A stretch of 64,000 nt of DNA, from contig OX597814.1 in assembly GCA_951406725.2 (NCBI GenBank), positions 86,366,001 through 86,430,000 on the forward strand. The letters run 5' to 3'. How positions within the stretch are numbered: position 1 is the first letter of the stretch; each line of letters opens with the position of its first letter. This document shows, in pieces, positions 1-13,625 of the stretch. Made by a program: the position numbers and the translations under genes. Source of the stretch: Octopus vulgaris. Its lineage: Eukaryota. Below the pieces are notes generated by a model. It made no database searches, was not told the origin of the DNA, and worked only from the letters and a program-made list of their open reading frames with translations.

Positions 1-1569
1 TGGTGTTTGGAGCATAAATTAACATGAAATTTTGTTGAAATGTTTTTAGATCACCTTAAACATGAAATTTCTATTGTAGAAACAGGGTGGTTTCAGGCAG
101 GTTGGTAACAAAATGGTTAAGTTAAAATGTCAATGATTTTTCATAAAAAAATAATACAATTGGTAAAAACTATATCCAAGAATAATGAAAATGGCTTTAA
201 AATACAATTTTAGACTGAGGAAATGATGCAAAAAATTAAAATTGGGAAGAAAATAACATATACACATGACCAACATGATATGTACGATACAGGTGAATAT
301 TATAGCATGCACAATTACATAGTATGTTATATGCAGACAACTATCACATAGTAAATGACAAAAGATATATACATATACTGCCCCACCTTCTCTACACTGT
401 TATTTTCATCTAAACTCAGCTCCACACACATTCACACACACCTCCTACCTTCCACTGCACCTCTTCCTCTACTCTCACATACCTTCTGTACAATGTTATA
501 CTCAGTACCTACAACCACATACACCATTATGCTCCTACAGCATATACATACATCAACACACACACACTTCCCACTCAATAAACATCAACACCCACACTCT
601 CACTTCCTAGGTGTGGATATGTGACTTCCTAGTCACATATCCACACCTCAGCATATATATAATCATGTTATCCACACCTCCAAACTCCTTCCTAATTTTC
701 ACCCCTATTGTACCTCACACCTCCATCCAGGTCGACACACATACACACCCCCACAACACACATCAGATAGGCTAACACATACAAGCGCCCTTACACACAT
801 ATACATGTGCACAAACACAAAATATACACACACACTTTAACCAACAGCCGCAGATACATACACACATTAACTGATAAAAGACACTCACTCACATTCATGC
901 ACATGCATAAATGCACACAATATTCCTGCATAAACACACATAATATACACAAACACACACACACAGAATGGTGTCAGACACACACATTAGGTACTACACA
1001 CACACTCACACCCAAAAGTCTCACACACTCCCACACATTTCCACACACGTGCACACATAAATACACAAAATACATTGCTCCACACATATGAACAGACTTG
1101 CTTACTCACACACATGCACGCTCTCATAAATATGCATACATGCACTCACATAACCCTTCATACTCACACAGGTGCTTGCCCACACACACATACATTATCA
1201 CCACATACACAAGTACATGTTTGTGGACACACACCTTATCCAGGTTACTGTTGTCTCCCTTGACACTCTTGTCTCCAACCACTTCTTTCTTTGCAGTCAA
1301 TTCAACATGTGCAACAGTTAAACCAGACACATTTCTCTCTCTCTCTCTCTCACTCCCTCCCTATTTGTTTTCTCTCTTCATTCCTTTCTGTAAAAGAGCA
1401 TAAGGCTCAAAGCATCTGTTTTTCTTGAGCATTCTGTTTTTCTTGAGCATCAAACTAATACACCTTATTCGTTGTTCCCTCACCTGTCTCTGCCTTTTGA
1501 GTCTTGTACAATTTTGAGCTCTGTCTGTCTGTCTCTCGTGTGCGTGTGTGCACACGCGCACGCATGCGT

Positions 1570-2113
1570 TGGGTCTTTTCAGTCACAGCAGACCTCTGGA
1601 AGTATGCTGAGACTGAGAAGACCTGTCAAATAAAGTGAGTCCACAACTGTAACCTACACCAGTGTCGCATAACTAGCCCACTCAAAAGTATCTTGGATCG
1701 TAGTGTGACATGCCATGCTTGAGGAGACCTACTAAGTCAAGTACATCAACATCAGCAATATCAAAATCAAATCAAATGGAAATTGTAGTTGTGAGCCCCC
1801 TGCCGGTAGCATGTAAAAAGCACCATCCGAACGTGGCCGACGCCAGTGCAGCTTTGGCTGGCTTCCATGCTGGTGGCACATAAAAAGCACCATCCAATCG
1901 TGGTCAATGCCAGCTCATCTGGCCCTTGTGCCAGTGGCACATAAAAAGTATCCACTACACTCTCAGAGTGGTTGGCGTTAGGAAGGGCATCCAGCTGTAG
2001 AAACACTGCTAAATCAGATTGGGGCCTAGTGCAGCCTCCTGGCTTCCCAGACCCCAGTCGAACCGTCCAACCCAGGCCAGCATGGAAAACAGACGTTAAA
2101 AGATGATGATGAT

Positions 2114-2114
<1 letters not shown>
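1570..2114 (+). mobile_element. RTE 3' end/UTR element
   Basis: gacctctggaagtatgctg...; core tggttggcgttaggaagggcatccagctgtagaaac; (gat)n tail. Related copies at ~2840-3205(+), 12770-13170(+), 42175-42460(-), 43191-43472(+), 51680-51915(+), 54280-54470(-), 59100-59230(-), 61293-61448(+). Confidence 0.8.
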
Positions 2115-2157
<43 letters not shown>

Positions 2158-3522
2158 TGTGTGAGGATCAACAATATATGTCTTGCATGATACAGATATA
2201 TACATTATATACCATGTATGATATAGACATGTATTACATATGCAGATACAGATACCCACACCACACAAAGGGTTTGTGATATAAACAGATATATATATAC
2301 CCTTTACATTGAGCACAATTCTCAACTATTCTTATTTTACTGATGCCAAAAGGATGAAAAGCAAAGTCAACTTTGGCAAAATTTGAACTCTGAACATAAA
2401 GATGGATGAAATGCCACTAAGCATTTTGACCAGCATGCTAATAAATCTGCCAGCGTATTGTATAGTAATCTTAAGTAAATGTACATTGTGAAGTGGTGGT
2501 AGGAGGATGCTATATGGTAGTGTCTGGAGTGGTACATAGTGCTGATGAGTTGTGTGATAATCCTTTTGTCAGGTGTAGTGGTGCTCATCTTGTGGGGTAA
2601 TGCTGAGTTGTGAGCACTGATCATGTATTGTGCTGTAAAGTTGACATGTTGTGTTGTGATAGTATCAGTGTGTAGTTATATGGAATGTTGTAAGATAGTG
2701 TTAGTCTGTTGGAGTGGTAGTGCTGATGTATTAGGCAGTTGATTTGGCATGCTGCTGGGTACTGTGGATTGTGTAGTAGTGCCGGCTGTATTGTGTAGTA
2801 GCATTGTTGTTGTGTTATAGTTTTTATGTATTATGCAATAGTTGAGCCTTACAAAGGAGGTGACAGAGGACTGAGATATGTGGCACATTACTGTACACAA
2901 GAAGAACTGTCCACCACAACAAAAGTGAGATCCTAAAACCAAGGTGTCAAGTAAAAAGTATTGGTGTGGGTGTTGGTGCCATGTAAAAAGCATTGATGAT
3001 GGTGCCACATAAAAAGCACAAGTGATGGTGCCATGTAAAAAACACCCAGTTCATTGTTAAGTGGTTGGCATTAGGAAGGGCATCCAGCTGTAGGAACCAA
3101 GCCAACACAAACTATGGAACCTGGTGCAGCCCCTGACCATGCCAGTTCCTGTCAAGCCATCCAATCCATGCCAGTATGGAGAATGGATGTTAAATGATAA
3201 TGATGAGTGCTGTAGTGTTGTGTGGTAGTGCTAGAGTAATGTATAGTAACATGAGAATAATATATAGTAGTTTGGGTTTGTTATATAATAATGGATGTTA
3301 GTGTTGGCATAATGAACAATAGTTTTGATGCCAGATAAAACCGAATATTCCAAAAGCATAACAGGTGATACATTATATAATATAACCAGACTGTCTACAG
3401 CAATGGTATGGTAACTTCTTCACAAGTTTGTCACCACCATAAAACATTGAAAGCATTAAAAGACAACATCACATTCTCGTAATTGGTAATTTCTATTAAG
3501 TCTTTCTTCACCATTATACTAC

Positions 3523-3567
3523 ATGTTAAACTTTATTTCACTGCAATCAAAGCTTCTTCAGTAACAC
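3523..3567 (-). ncRNA. Minimal type I hammerhead ribozyme, Penelope-type, partly decayed
   Basis: Minus strand reads gtgtta CTGAAGA a gct ttgattgc agt GAAA taaag TT taacat; 6-bp stem I, 3-bp stem II. Confidence 0.5.
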
Positions 3568-4332
3568 CTTGACTATATATTGTTTACTATGCAATAACTA
3601 CTTCACTGTTCACACTTCACCAATGCAATGTTTTCCAAAGTAAACCAAACAGTGTAAATAATCCGTGTGAACATCTCAGTAAAGAGGCTGTTATTCTACA
3701 ATCACTGCTCAAACAACTCAGTTTACAGTGTGCAAATTTTCACAGTTACAGCAGCAACACCGACATCTTCCATTCAGCTTTTAGACTCCTCACCAAACAA
3801 ACGCAGAACAAGCTTGTCTAGCTTACATTTTCAAAGCAAAGATTTAAGTCAACTATATAATCTCAAACACAAGTATAAAAGTGCTTCAGTGTAAATGTGG
3901 GTGTGGGATGGAACAATATTTATAAACATGTCTTCATGTACTATATCAGTAGCATCACCATTATCATTAATAGCATCATTATCATCGTTATCAATACCAA
4001 AAATTAAGTGATGCTAGTGTTGTATGAGAAGAGCATGATTGTCACTCGATTTTTGTTCAGCCAGTACCCATATTTTCAGTTATCCAGGTTCAATCCAACC
4101 CATACCAGCATGGAAAACAGACATTAAATGATGATGATGATGATGATTTTCGACTGCTCCGATTACTCATTATCTATCTCTCTAAAATTACCATTTAACA
4201 GTTACTGATTTGTTCACCCATTTTTATTGCAACAGCAGACACTCTCATAAATATACCAACTATAGACACTTTTGCAAATTATTATTGTAACTTATCCTGA
4301 TTACCCAATCCACCATTGTTTATCATAATGAC

Positions 4333-4554
4333 TACAAGCAAGTGCTGAAAAGTTCCTGGCTTTGGGTAAAAGAAAATACAGGAGGATCAGCTAATTATGA
4401 TTTTATTCAACGTATTTCCCTCTCAAATTCACACATTGCAGCAGTCCTTTAGTTTTTCTAAACCCTGTAAAAGAACTCAGAACATTGGGTCTCCAACAAG
4501 GTCATTTGCAGTACCCTTAAAGCCAGGAACTTTTCATCACCCCCTTCCCTTGTA
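4333..4554. mobile_element. Mariner-type MITE
   Basis: Inverted repeats gtgctgaaaagttcctggcttt (4342-63) and aaagccaggaacttttcatcac (4519-40); outer termini tacaag/cttgta with TA. Confidence 0.75.
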
Positions 4555-6721
4555 GATAACAACACACCATGTATTTTTTTCCTATCCAGCAAGTTTTTTT
4601 CCTTCTTTTCTAACTATCTTCACAAAGAATAAATTGCTCAAAATTACCCCAAACATAGACACTACCATAGGTTATCTCATTATAGTTTCTAGTGGAGGCT
4701 ATTCCAACTGTAGTCCCTACCATATAATAACCCCAACCATAGGCACTACTGTAAATTACCCCTAACTATAGTCTATACCATAACATCCTTATTCCAACTG
4801 TAGACATCTTCATAAGACACACACACTTTGGTCAATATCATAAATTGCCCAAACACAAATAGGGTACATTACACCTTAACAAGTATTTAAAAATTCACCA
4901 AATGAAATTATTTTTCTATAAGGTAGAAGAGAAATCTAATTCCTTGGACAGAATGAGACAGAAATCTTCTCTCTTTTATCAACTTCAAAATGGTTTATTT
5001 CCATTTAATAAACTATTTGTATTAATACTTGCTGACACAGATTATCACTAGTTTCCTCTGATTCTACTGGTTCACTGTAGCAAGTATAGACAGCAGACAA
5101 TGTGATCTTACACAGTATCTTTATACAATGCACATAGATTACCTCAGATATTCTATGATGTAAAGTTATCTCATATAACTGATATAGTCACAACATGAAC
5201 CTAACTGGAATTCTGACAAAAGAAGACAAACACATTTAGTAAATTAGTACTGAACCCATACCAGTCACTTGACAGACATGATCAACTGACAGACTTGACT
5301 AATTGGTGTCACCATAACAATATTAAAAGAGAGAGAGAGAAAGAGAAAGGGAGAGATTTTAAAATACAAATTGATTAAATGTCAGAGCAATGAGAATTGG
5401 ATGATGGCTCTGTTACTGACTGAATACTTGACAGGGTAAGAATAACTGAACATTAGAGCAGGTCCAGTGATTGCCAAGAAACTGTCAGCATATTTTAAAG
5501 ATTTCATGAATATGGCACTGAATCAAAGGGAAATTGCTGACAAAACACCCATCTTATTCGTGTGTGTGTGTCACTGCTGTGATAGTTTGTTTGATGTAAC
5601 AGACCTGCACAACTGATTAGTTAACTTCCATTTGTTGAGTGTCCCAACAGAAATTTAGAAATAAATGACTCACTGCTGACCAATGGGACAAGTCAATATT
5701 TGACTAAGGAAATGGAGACTGATGTGAGATGAAGTGTGATATGGATGGTCATATGGATGAAAAGAAGGTTAGAAAGAATTTCCAATATTATTAAGAAATC
5801 TGCTATGAGATTTCTTGTTGATAATTTAGTTTACAGAGTAGATGTTACATAAATTAAACATTTTACAGAAAAAAGTTTCTGAGCAAATATAATGAACACA
5901 TTATGCAAGTCAAACAGAGGGGTTTTTTCTAATTTTTTATTCGTTCAATCATTGGACTGTGGTCATGCTGGGGCACTGCCTTGAAGGGTTTAGTTAAATC
6001 AACTCCAATACTTATTTTTTTAAGCTTGGTACTCATTCTATCAATCTCTTATGTCAAGCTGCTAAGTTATGGAGGCATAAACAAACCTACACAAGTTATC
6101 AAGAGGTGGTGCAGGACAAACATACACAAACACACACACACAGAGGCTTCTTTTAGTTTCTATCTACCAAATCTACTCGCAAGGTTTTGGTCTAGAACTA
6201 CATAATCAAATATATCCTTCCCAATTTTTTAAGACATAAGATGTAATTTGAGGGAGACTTGACTGCTATTTCTAGTAGGCTGTGGAACCATGTAGGAGCA
6301 CTTCACTGTTTTTAGAAATATAATGTTCTTGATGATATGGTTAACATAAGACACATAATACACATAACACAAATTGTGTGATATTATTAGGCAATGCAGC
6401 CCCCATTAGCAAAAAATCTTGCAGCACAAACTGGATAACAAGCTAAATAATTCAGATATGTAACATATATTATGCAACATAAACTGAACAATGTACAAAC
6501 ATAGCAACATAGACTTTCTGGGGTTTTTTAATACTGTTTTACAAGCATTTGTGCATGACAAGATGAGAAGGTTTTTGTACAAGCATACAATTTTACAGCT
6601 GGAAGCCCTTTCTAATTCTGATCACCAATCAACTGTAAAGTAGGTGTGGAACCTGTTTTTGCCAGCCAGGCTAAGTAGAGAAAAGGGAGTTATATGCCTC
6701 CATATGCTGTGGTTTCAATTC

Positions 6722-7145
6722 CTCATCATCATCATTTTAACATCTATTTTCCATGCAAGCATGGGTTGGATGGAATTTGTGGAGGTGGATTTTCTACAGC
6801 GGGATGCCTTTCTTGTCACTAACCCATATCTGTTTCTAAGTAAGGTAATATTTCCCCCTTAGCCAGACATGTTTTCATGAAAAACTGCAAACAAAGGATG
6901 CCACTTGCATAATAGTGACACTCACCATTATCACACAATGTCAAAACAAAGAAACATTAACACATGCATGCATGCACGCACACATACAAACAGGTTTCTT
7001 TCAGTCTCCATCTACCAAATCCACTCACAAGGCTTTGGTCAGCCCGGGGCTATAGTAGAAGATATTTGCCCTAGGTGCCATGCAGTGGGATTGAACCCAA
7101 AACCACTACACAGCTACACACGTGCTTATACAGCCATACCTGCAC
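6722..7145 (-). mobile_element. Chimeric SINE: family A head with an RTE-like (GAT)n tail
   Basis: Head 6990-7145 matches family A; tail 6722-6960 recurs at 17205-17445(-) and 58120-58325(+). Confidence 0.65.
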
Positions 7146-8146
7146 CTTGAATAATCAGAGCAACTGAACTATTTTCTCATTGTTTTATGTGTTTTTCCAT
7201 ATTTTCATAATTGGAGCTTTTTTACAGATGGACGTCCTTCCTACTACTAACTATCCAACTGTGAAAAACAAATGGGACCTTTTCTCCCTTTCTTTTTATT
7301 AAACAAAGCTTTATGGACATTGCCAAGTGGCTTAATTCAGAAGTTGTTAAAGGTATGTATTCAAAAAGTATGTGGTCAATAGTCCCACCTCATAGTAATT
7401 GCACCTTGTTGTTATGTGTCACAAATTATACAGCATAAAAGCTAATAGCATTAACTGGGTGAAACAAGCTGAACAACACAAAGTTTAATACAGAAAGTGA
7501 GCAACAAAACTGATGCAAAAAACACTGCACAAAACAAATCCTACATCACTATGTAAGCTACAAAATATTTACTCACAACAAAGTATGTTCAAGAAAGTGT
7601 GCACGTGCACACACGCATGTGTGTTTGTTTGTGTGTATGTAAGATAGTCAATAGAAGGACAAAGATAGGACTAAGTATCAAGGTAGTCAATAGAAGGACA
7701 AAGTATCAAGGAAGAAACGCAAAGAATCAATAAGAAGCCCAACATTTGTGCAGCCATTCAGATTACATCTAAACTGAAAGAGAAAAATGTTACAGTAGAG
7801 TATGCTAAAACAGAATTCTGTATATCTTACTGAACATGGATATAATGTAGAAAGCCACAAAACTGTGATATTTGTCTCAAGATAGCATTTTATGATGACA
7901 CAGTGATAAAAAGCACAGAAGTGTATCAGTAGCAGAAGAAATGTATCCAGCAGCAGCAGCAGCAGTGAAATTGTTATGTGTAGATTTCTGCATCCTTGAG
8001 CATCATCAATAGCAAGTCTCCAATAACAATCACATGCTAGACAAATTTAGCTTCTACTGATAGAATTAAAGCACATACACTTAACACAATTCCCATGCAA
8101 CATAGATATTAAGGGTTAACTTCTATATTTAGCATGAGCTACTCAC

Positions 8147-8301
8147 CTATAGCCACTTGCAATTTCATCAGTGATTTGACTGACAGGCTGTGTTGAAGAG
8201 GATGGAGTTTCTATAACTGCATCCTGTGATGATGGTAATGAGGCTGGAGAGACTGGTGAAGCTGGTGCCGTAAATACACATTCCTTTGTAGAATTTGAAC
8301 G
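8147..8301 (-). CDS. MORC2: MORC2-like exon H (155 nt, phase 0/2): RSNSTKECVFTAPASPVSPASLPSSQDAVIETPSSSTQPVSQITDEIASGYR
   Basis: Acceptor tttttacag, donor AG|gtgagt; ends in TDEIASGYR, at the position of MORC2 TIDLLVQILR that precedes CLRYFLPP. The next exon was not found in the window. Confidence 0.8.
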
Positions 8302-8430
8302 CTGTAAAAATAAGATAATTTATTACATTACACACAGAAGAAAAAGGTATACATGACGTCTTTTGAACTTTATAAACAAAAGTATGTGTAAGAGAAGTAC
8401 ATGAGGAATATATTTTTAGAAATCTGAACA

Positions 8431-8788
8431 GACGCAGGTGTGGCTGTGTGGTAAGTAGCTTGCTTACTAACCACATCGTCCCAAGTTCAGTCCCACTACA
8501 TGGTACCTTGGGCTAGTGTCTTCTACTATAGCTTCAGGCTGATCAAAGCTTTGTGAGTGGCTTTGGTAGACAGAAACTAAAAAAAGCCCATCGTGTATAT
8601 TAGATGTATATTGATGTATGCATGTCTTTGTTTCTGTTTGTCATGGTGTTGGTGTGTTTACATCCTCATAACTTAAGAGTTCAGCAAAAGAGACCGACAG
8701 AATAAGTACTGGGATCGATTCGCTTGATTCAAGGTGGTGCCCCAGCATGGCCACAGTCAAATGATTGAAAGAAATAAAAGATAAAAGA
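8431..8788 (+). mobile_element. tRNA-derived SINE family A (CORE-type, octopus OR-like)
   Basis: A box tggctgtgtgg, B-box-like gttcagtccc, ccttgggc.agtgtcttctactatagc core, central microsatellite, aaaagat tail. Copies at ~5936-6195(-), 29184-29797(+), 30676-31017(-), 34437-34825(-), 43592-43965(-), 45804-46105(-); heads only at 6990-7145, 13920-14035, 25070-25215, 30050-30200, 36930-37010, 56425-56590. Confidence 0.85.
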
Positions 8789-9310
8789 TTTACACACACA
8801 TACAGAAACACACAAACGTCTATGCATGTGGTATAGTTTTACCTCTATTTCTCTGTATTACCAAGGATGGAATGGTTTTTGACAAATTTTAATATTTGTC
8901 AATTGTTGGAGCATATTTGCACAGCTAAATAAAGAGTTTTCTAACCTTTACCTACTCAGACATGAAGAAGTGAAAAGTGACAATTCACAATGGAGCCAGT
9001 AAAGCAGAGCGAGGTACCATTCTTAGAAACAAAAAAGTGTGTGTGTGTGTGTGCGCGTGCACGCATAAGCATACACTACACCTATGCCAAATATTTACTG
9101 AAGCTGCACATCAAGGGTTGAAATATAGTCACCAAAAGTCTAACAAGTGAAGGAAACAATAATCATTATTGATTTGTAGGAACATGGTATTTCGTTATGC
9201 AGGTCATTAATATTTACGTACTAGCTTTCCAGGAATGTGTTTAATATGCTAAATAACGTTACACTGCTGTATTTAGTGGTCATTTAAGCATTGAGTTCAT
9301 GTATGGTTAA

Positions 9311-9376
9311 TAGGTTGGATGGGTGCTGATGAAGGAGCAAAGACTCTTGAAATATGGTATATATGCCCATCACCTA
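9311..9376 (+). ncRNA. Type I hammerhead ribozyme, intact core
   Basis: Stem I gatgggtg(9318-25)/tgcccatc(9364-71), extended by taggt/accta; CTGATGA 9326-32; stem II aggag/ctctt; GAAA 9349-52; stem III tat/ata; predicted cleavage triplet ATA, after 9363. Confidence 0.78.
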
Positions 9377-12300
9377 CTTTCCATCTTGGATCTCATTTTT
9401 TGTTTACATAAGGTGTCTTGGATACAAAACATTGCAACAAAATCAGTGCTGCCTATAATTCCTATAGAAAATTTGTACAGATAATCTTAATAAATAGTCG
9501 TTAACTGCTATGATAGATAATCAAAAGCAAGTAGCTGTGTTCATGATCTTGGAAAAACGTTTACAGTACTTGCAACAAGGTGTGTTTAAAATAAATTAGT
9601 GTGTGTGTGTGTGTGTGTGTGTGCATGTACGGTCAAGCTGTCAGATTGAAAAACAAAGTATCAAAAGAGAAAGCGTCAAGAAAAGATAATCATAAAAAGA
9701 CAGTACAGCAAAAGTGATGAAAGGTTAAAGAAGGTAAGGCAAAAAGTAGTGGAGGATGGCAAGGAGAGAGAGAGAGTGTGTGTGTGTGTGTGTCTATATG
9801 TGTGCATACACATGCACAGAGACATGCGTATTTTGTGTAGGCATTCAACTCAATGTCTAAGAGGAGTCAGAAAGAAGAGGAGTCACAGAATAAGAAAAAC
9901 AGGTTGAGTAAAGTAGTGCATACTTTTAGGAAGACAGGACTGGGTTGTTGGAAGATAAGAAAGGCAGTTGAAGAACAATAAGCTAAGTAAAAACCCCGTC
10001 TCTACTGACATTGAGTTAAACATCTATGAAACATGAACTAACATCACAGCAAAGGATAAAAGAAATTTTACAGGGATAATAAACAATACAGAAATCTTGT
10101 TATTCAGGCTATTATTATTTTTGCTATTTTTTATATTGTTTTATTAACATTGTTATTCTTTTTTTTTTCCCTATTTCTTTTATATACATTGCATTTTTGT
10201 ACACAGATGCTTTTCAGTGCACCCAAACCACTTCTAGGCCAACAGTCTTATTAGATTGTGAGGTGCACAACCAAACATGGATAACTGTGCAGGAACAACG
10301 GTGGGGTGGACAGGAGAGTTGGTTGTGGAGAAGCTTCAACAGTAGTAAAGAATGGCTGAAAGAGGCAGGTGAAATCTAATCTCCCTGCCCCAAGAGACTG
10401 ATGCTGTCCTTTTCTAAAAGAGTCACAAAACAATGTCATCAACAGTGGTGATGCTGGTTGTTGATTTTATTTACCTATTTTTCATACTTTTGTTATTGTT
10501 GTCGATTACCTTTTGTCTCCTACTTCTTCTTCCAACATCCCCATTCGATTATCATTACCACCACTCACCCCACCTCACTCAAAATGCATTTGTTCCACAG
10601 CAACCCACCTCTTTGTCATGTATTAGAATATTGTGTATTTCTGGATGAACAGGTGCTGCATCTTCAGTTAGGTGCTGTTAGGTTCCATATTCCATGGAAA
10701 CATTTCAAATGTGCATGCACACACACGCGTGCACGCACGCGCACACATGCATGCCTGTGTATCTATATGTAGTTACACATGCCAGCTATGGATAGATATA
10801 TACACATACATACATTCCATTAAAATGATACATTCATACATTTTTCTTTTTCCCATACATACACACAAAAGTGTTGATGGATGGATGGAGATATATATAT
10901 ATGAAACTCACTTTCTTACAAATACATACACACACAGAATGTAACTTTATGACAAAGATGCATCAACACACATGCACATGCAGAGGTAGTAGTGGGTAAT
11001 AAGATAGACTGTGTATACAATTGTGGAATGAGCACGGAGAAGAGAGCTGAATGACAGAAAGAAAGGCCACAGCTGGTGACACAGCAACTACTGAAGGGCT
11101 GATTGGTTCATAGGTAGACATGAAAGGATCAGCTGGAAGCAGAGATAACTTTGGTTCCTATGCAGAAGAATGAGGTTCACTAGACCTCAATATGTAATGA
11201 CAGGTTCTATAATGGCGGGCAAGATAGGTTTAGTAAGAGGGTTTAGTGGGCTGAAGAAAAATACATTTACTAAAGTAATATGTGTGATATGACTGGATAT
11301 CATACAGTTGCAGTCAATGGCTTTATACACACAAAGACAATGCAGTTAACAACTAGACATCCTCACATCCTCTCTCTCTCACACACACACACACACAGTA
11401 TAAAGAGTCAAGCAGTACATAACCTTGTAGAAAAACACATTCATGTAGACAATTAGGTAATAGAGTATTAACTGATACATACAAGCATATACAGATAGAT
11501 ACACACACATTGTAGGTTCTCTGCACACTTGTGCAATCTGACATTAAATGATATTTTGTTTTTTTACATTAATATACCTGGCAACTTCTATGAAATGGTA
11601 TGTTATGTAAGTTTACTAGTACAATCACTCGACAACAGAACAATCAGATGATTGAGGTGTGGGGAGTAGGGACTTCTATGCATTCAATCAAACTGCTAGA
11701 AATAGCAAACAAATATTTCTCAAATCACATTCCACTATCCTAAAACAGAAGGATAGATTGGAAATATAGTCCAAGATGTCCAGAACGATTTTGAACATAG
11801 GGAAACTCAATCAAAATCTAATCTTTGCTATTATGTGGTAACTTGTGTTCTTCAATGACCCTGAGAGCTATGCCAGCAGAGTGCAAGCTACTTGTAGGGC
11901 CATATTTTACATGACCATTGGTGTAGCACTGGTCAAGTTATGCAAGTGGGTAATGGTGTCTTCATGTTTTATTGCTTTTATTTTTTCAATTACCATCAAC
12001 AACAAACAACTACATGGTGCATACCATGTGCATGCTGTTGAAATGGTTATCAAGAATAGTGAATCAGGGAGGGATTGTTTTGTTTTTTGCTGCTCCTTTG
12101 TACCTCTAAAACAACCTTAATTTGAAAATAAACTGCACAGAAACCATTGTCATCAAAGAAAAAACAAAAAAGAAAAGCAAAATCAGTAAAATAGTTTCTC
12201 TTATAGAGCATACATGCTGTCTAAATGACTGAGGTGCTAGACTACTAACAAATAGGACTATCATTTCAAACCCCTAAAGTCAATGATCACTAAAAATCAT

Positions 12301-12769
12301 ATTTCTGATTACTTGTCTATTCCATACCAAAATAACCACTCTTGGAATAGTATTCAATTTCTCATTTCCATACCTCCGTTAATATATTTATGGATTGGAC
12401 TTATTGAGTATCTATACAATATTGTTTCAAATAACTTAAATATTTTTCCTATTTGCTAACTGTCATCAGTTAATAGAACAGAGATTTTAGGCCAAAAATA
12501 CACACTACAGTGAAACAATATTAAGTAGTACTCACTCATAATTTCATTTTAAAATTCCTTAGAAATACACCTAAATCAATATTTTTGATTACCAGGATGT
12601 AGTGTTAACATTTTTAGCTTCATATGCAACAATTTGAAGAAGAAAAATGTGCCTCTCAAAACATGCAGTCTGTTGTATTTTGAATAACTATACTTTGATT
12701 CAAATGCATTGATAATATTTTAAGGAAATTTTCAGTGAATAATGCTTACAACTATTTTCAAACTATGGA

Positions 12770-13170
12770 CGCAAGAGACAGCGATGAAGTATCGGAGGAC
12801 AATCTCAAAACACTGAACCTTATGAAGGAGATGACAGAGGACCGAAAATATAGTGCATTGATGTACTCAAGAAGACCCACACCCCCACCAGATCCTAAAC
12901 CCAAAGTGACACATAAAAGGCTTTGGTGTGGATGCTGGTGCCATGTAAAAAATACTGGTGCTGGTGCCATATAAAAAACACTGGAGATGGTGCCACATAA
13001 AAAGCACCCAGTACATTCAGTAAAGTGATTGGTATTGGGAAGGGGATCCAGCCATAGAAACCAAGCCAAAGCAGACTATGGAAGCTGGTATGGACCCTGG
13101 CCTTGCCAGTTCCTGTCAAGCTATCCAACCCATGCTAGTATGGAAAATGGACATTACATGTTGATGATGA
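12770..13170 (+). mobile_element. RTE variant 3' end
   Basis: DEVSEDNLKTLNLMKEMTEDRK resembles the RTE C-terminal helix and runs straight into the shared UTR core and (gat)n tail; similar to 2840-3205. Confidence 0.7.
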
Positions 13171-13440
13171 AGCTGATAATTATGTATTTTTCAGTCTTAC
13201 ATATATTTTATTGGCCTTATTACCCAGTCTTTTGGCCTGGTAGTTTCCTGTCAGATTGCACCATTATAATGTATACTAGTGGAACTCCCATATGCCCCAG
13301 GATTCAGTTTCATCCACCACATTCATCTTTTATATATTTCAACAACATATTTTCTTTCATCTCTTATAATGCCAATTCCAATACAGGTGCTACCACCCTT
13401 CATTCTTCACTAACCTTCTGCACCCAAGCATAACCTAGAC

Positions 13441-13625
13441 CAGTACTCCACAACCTTTTTTCACTTGTGGTACATTTAGATTCTTTTCAAAATTTGGTGG
13501 CACACCTGAACTAAAAATATAACTAAAAGTATAGGGAAAAAAATTATATTCAGATAACACTGCAGCACACCTAGCATTGTCTCATGTCACATCAGTGTTC
13601 CATGGTATACCGGTTAAGGAGTACT
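13441..13625. mobile_element. hAT-type MITE
   Basis: Termini cagtactcc/ggagtact; 8-bp TSD acctagac/acctagat. Confidence 0.7.

Noticed and set aside
130-312. ORF containing CICYFLPNF, similar to the expected next MORC2 motif CLRYFLPP
   Set aside because: No AG acceptor in the required phase-2 position, and the downstream sequence does not resemble the MORC2 C-terminus; treated as chance.
330-1260. His/Thr-rich ORFs, and Pro/Thr/His-rich ORFs at 15965-16206 and 25183-25894
   Set aside because: Degenerate (CA)n and (CAC)n low-complexity sequence without splice or homology support.
12735-12974. 79-aa plus-strand ORF as a nested gene exon
   Set aside because: It is an RTE C-terminal remnant running into the shared RTE 3' UTR.
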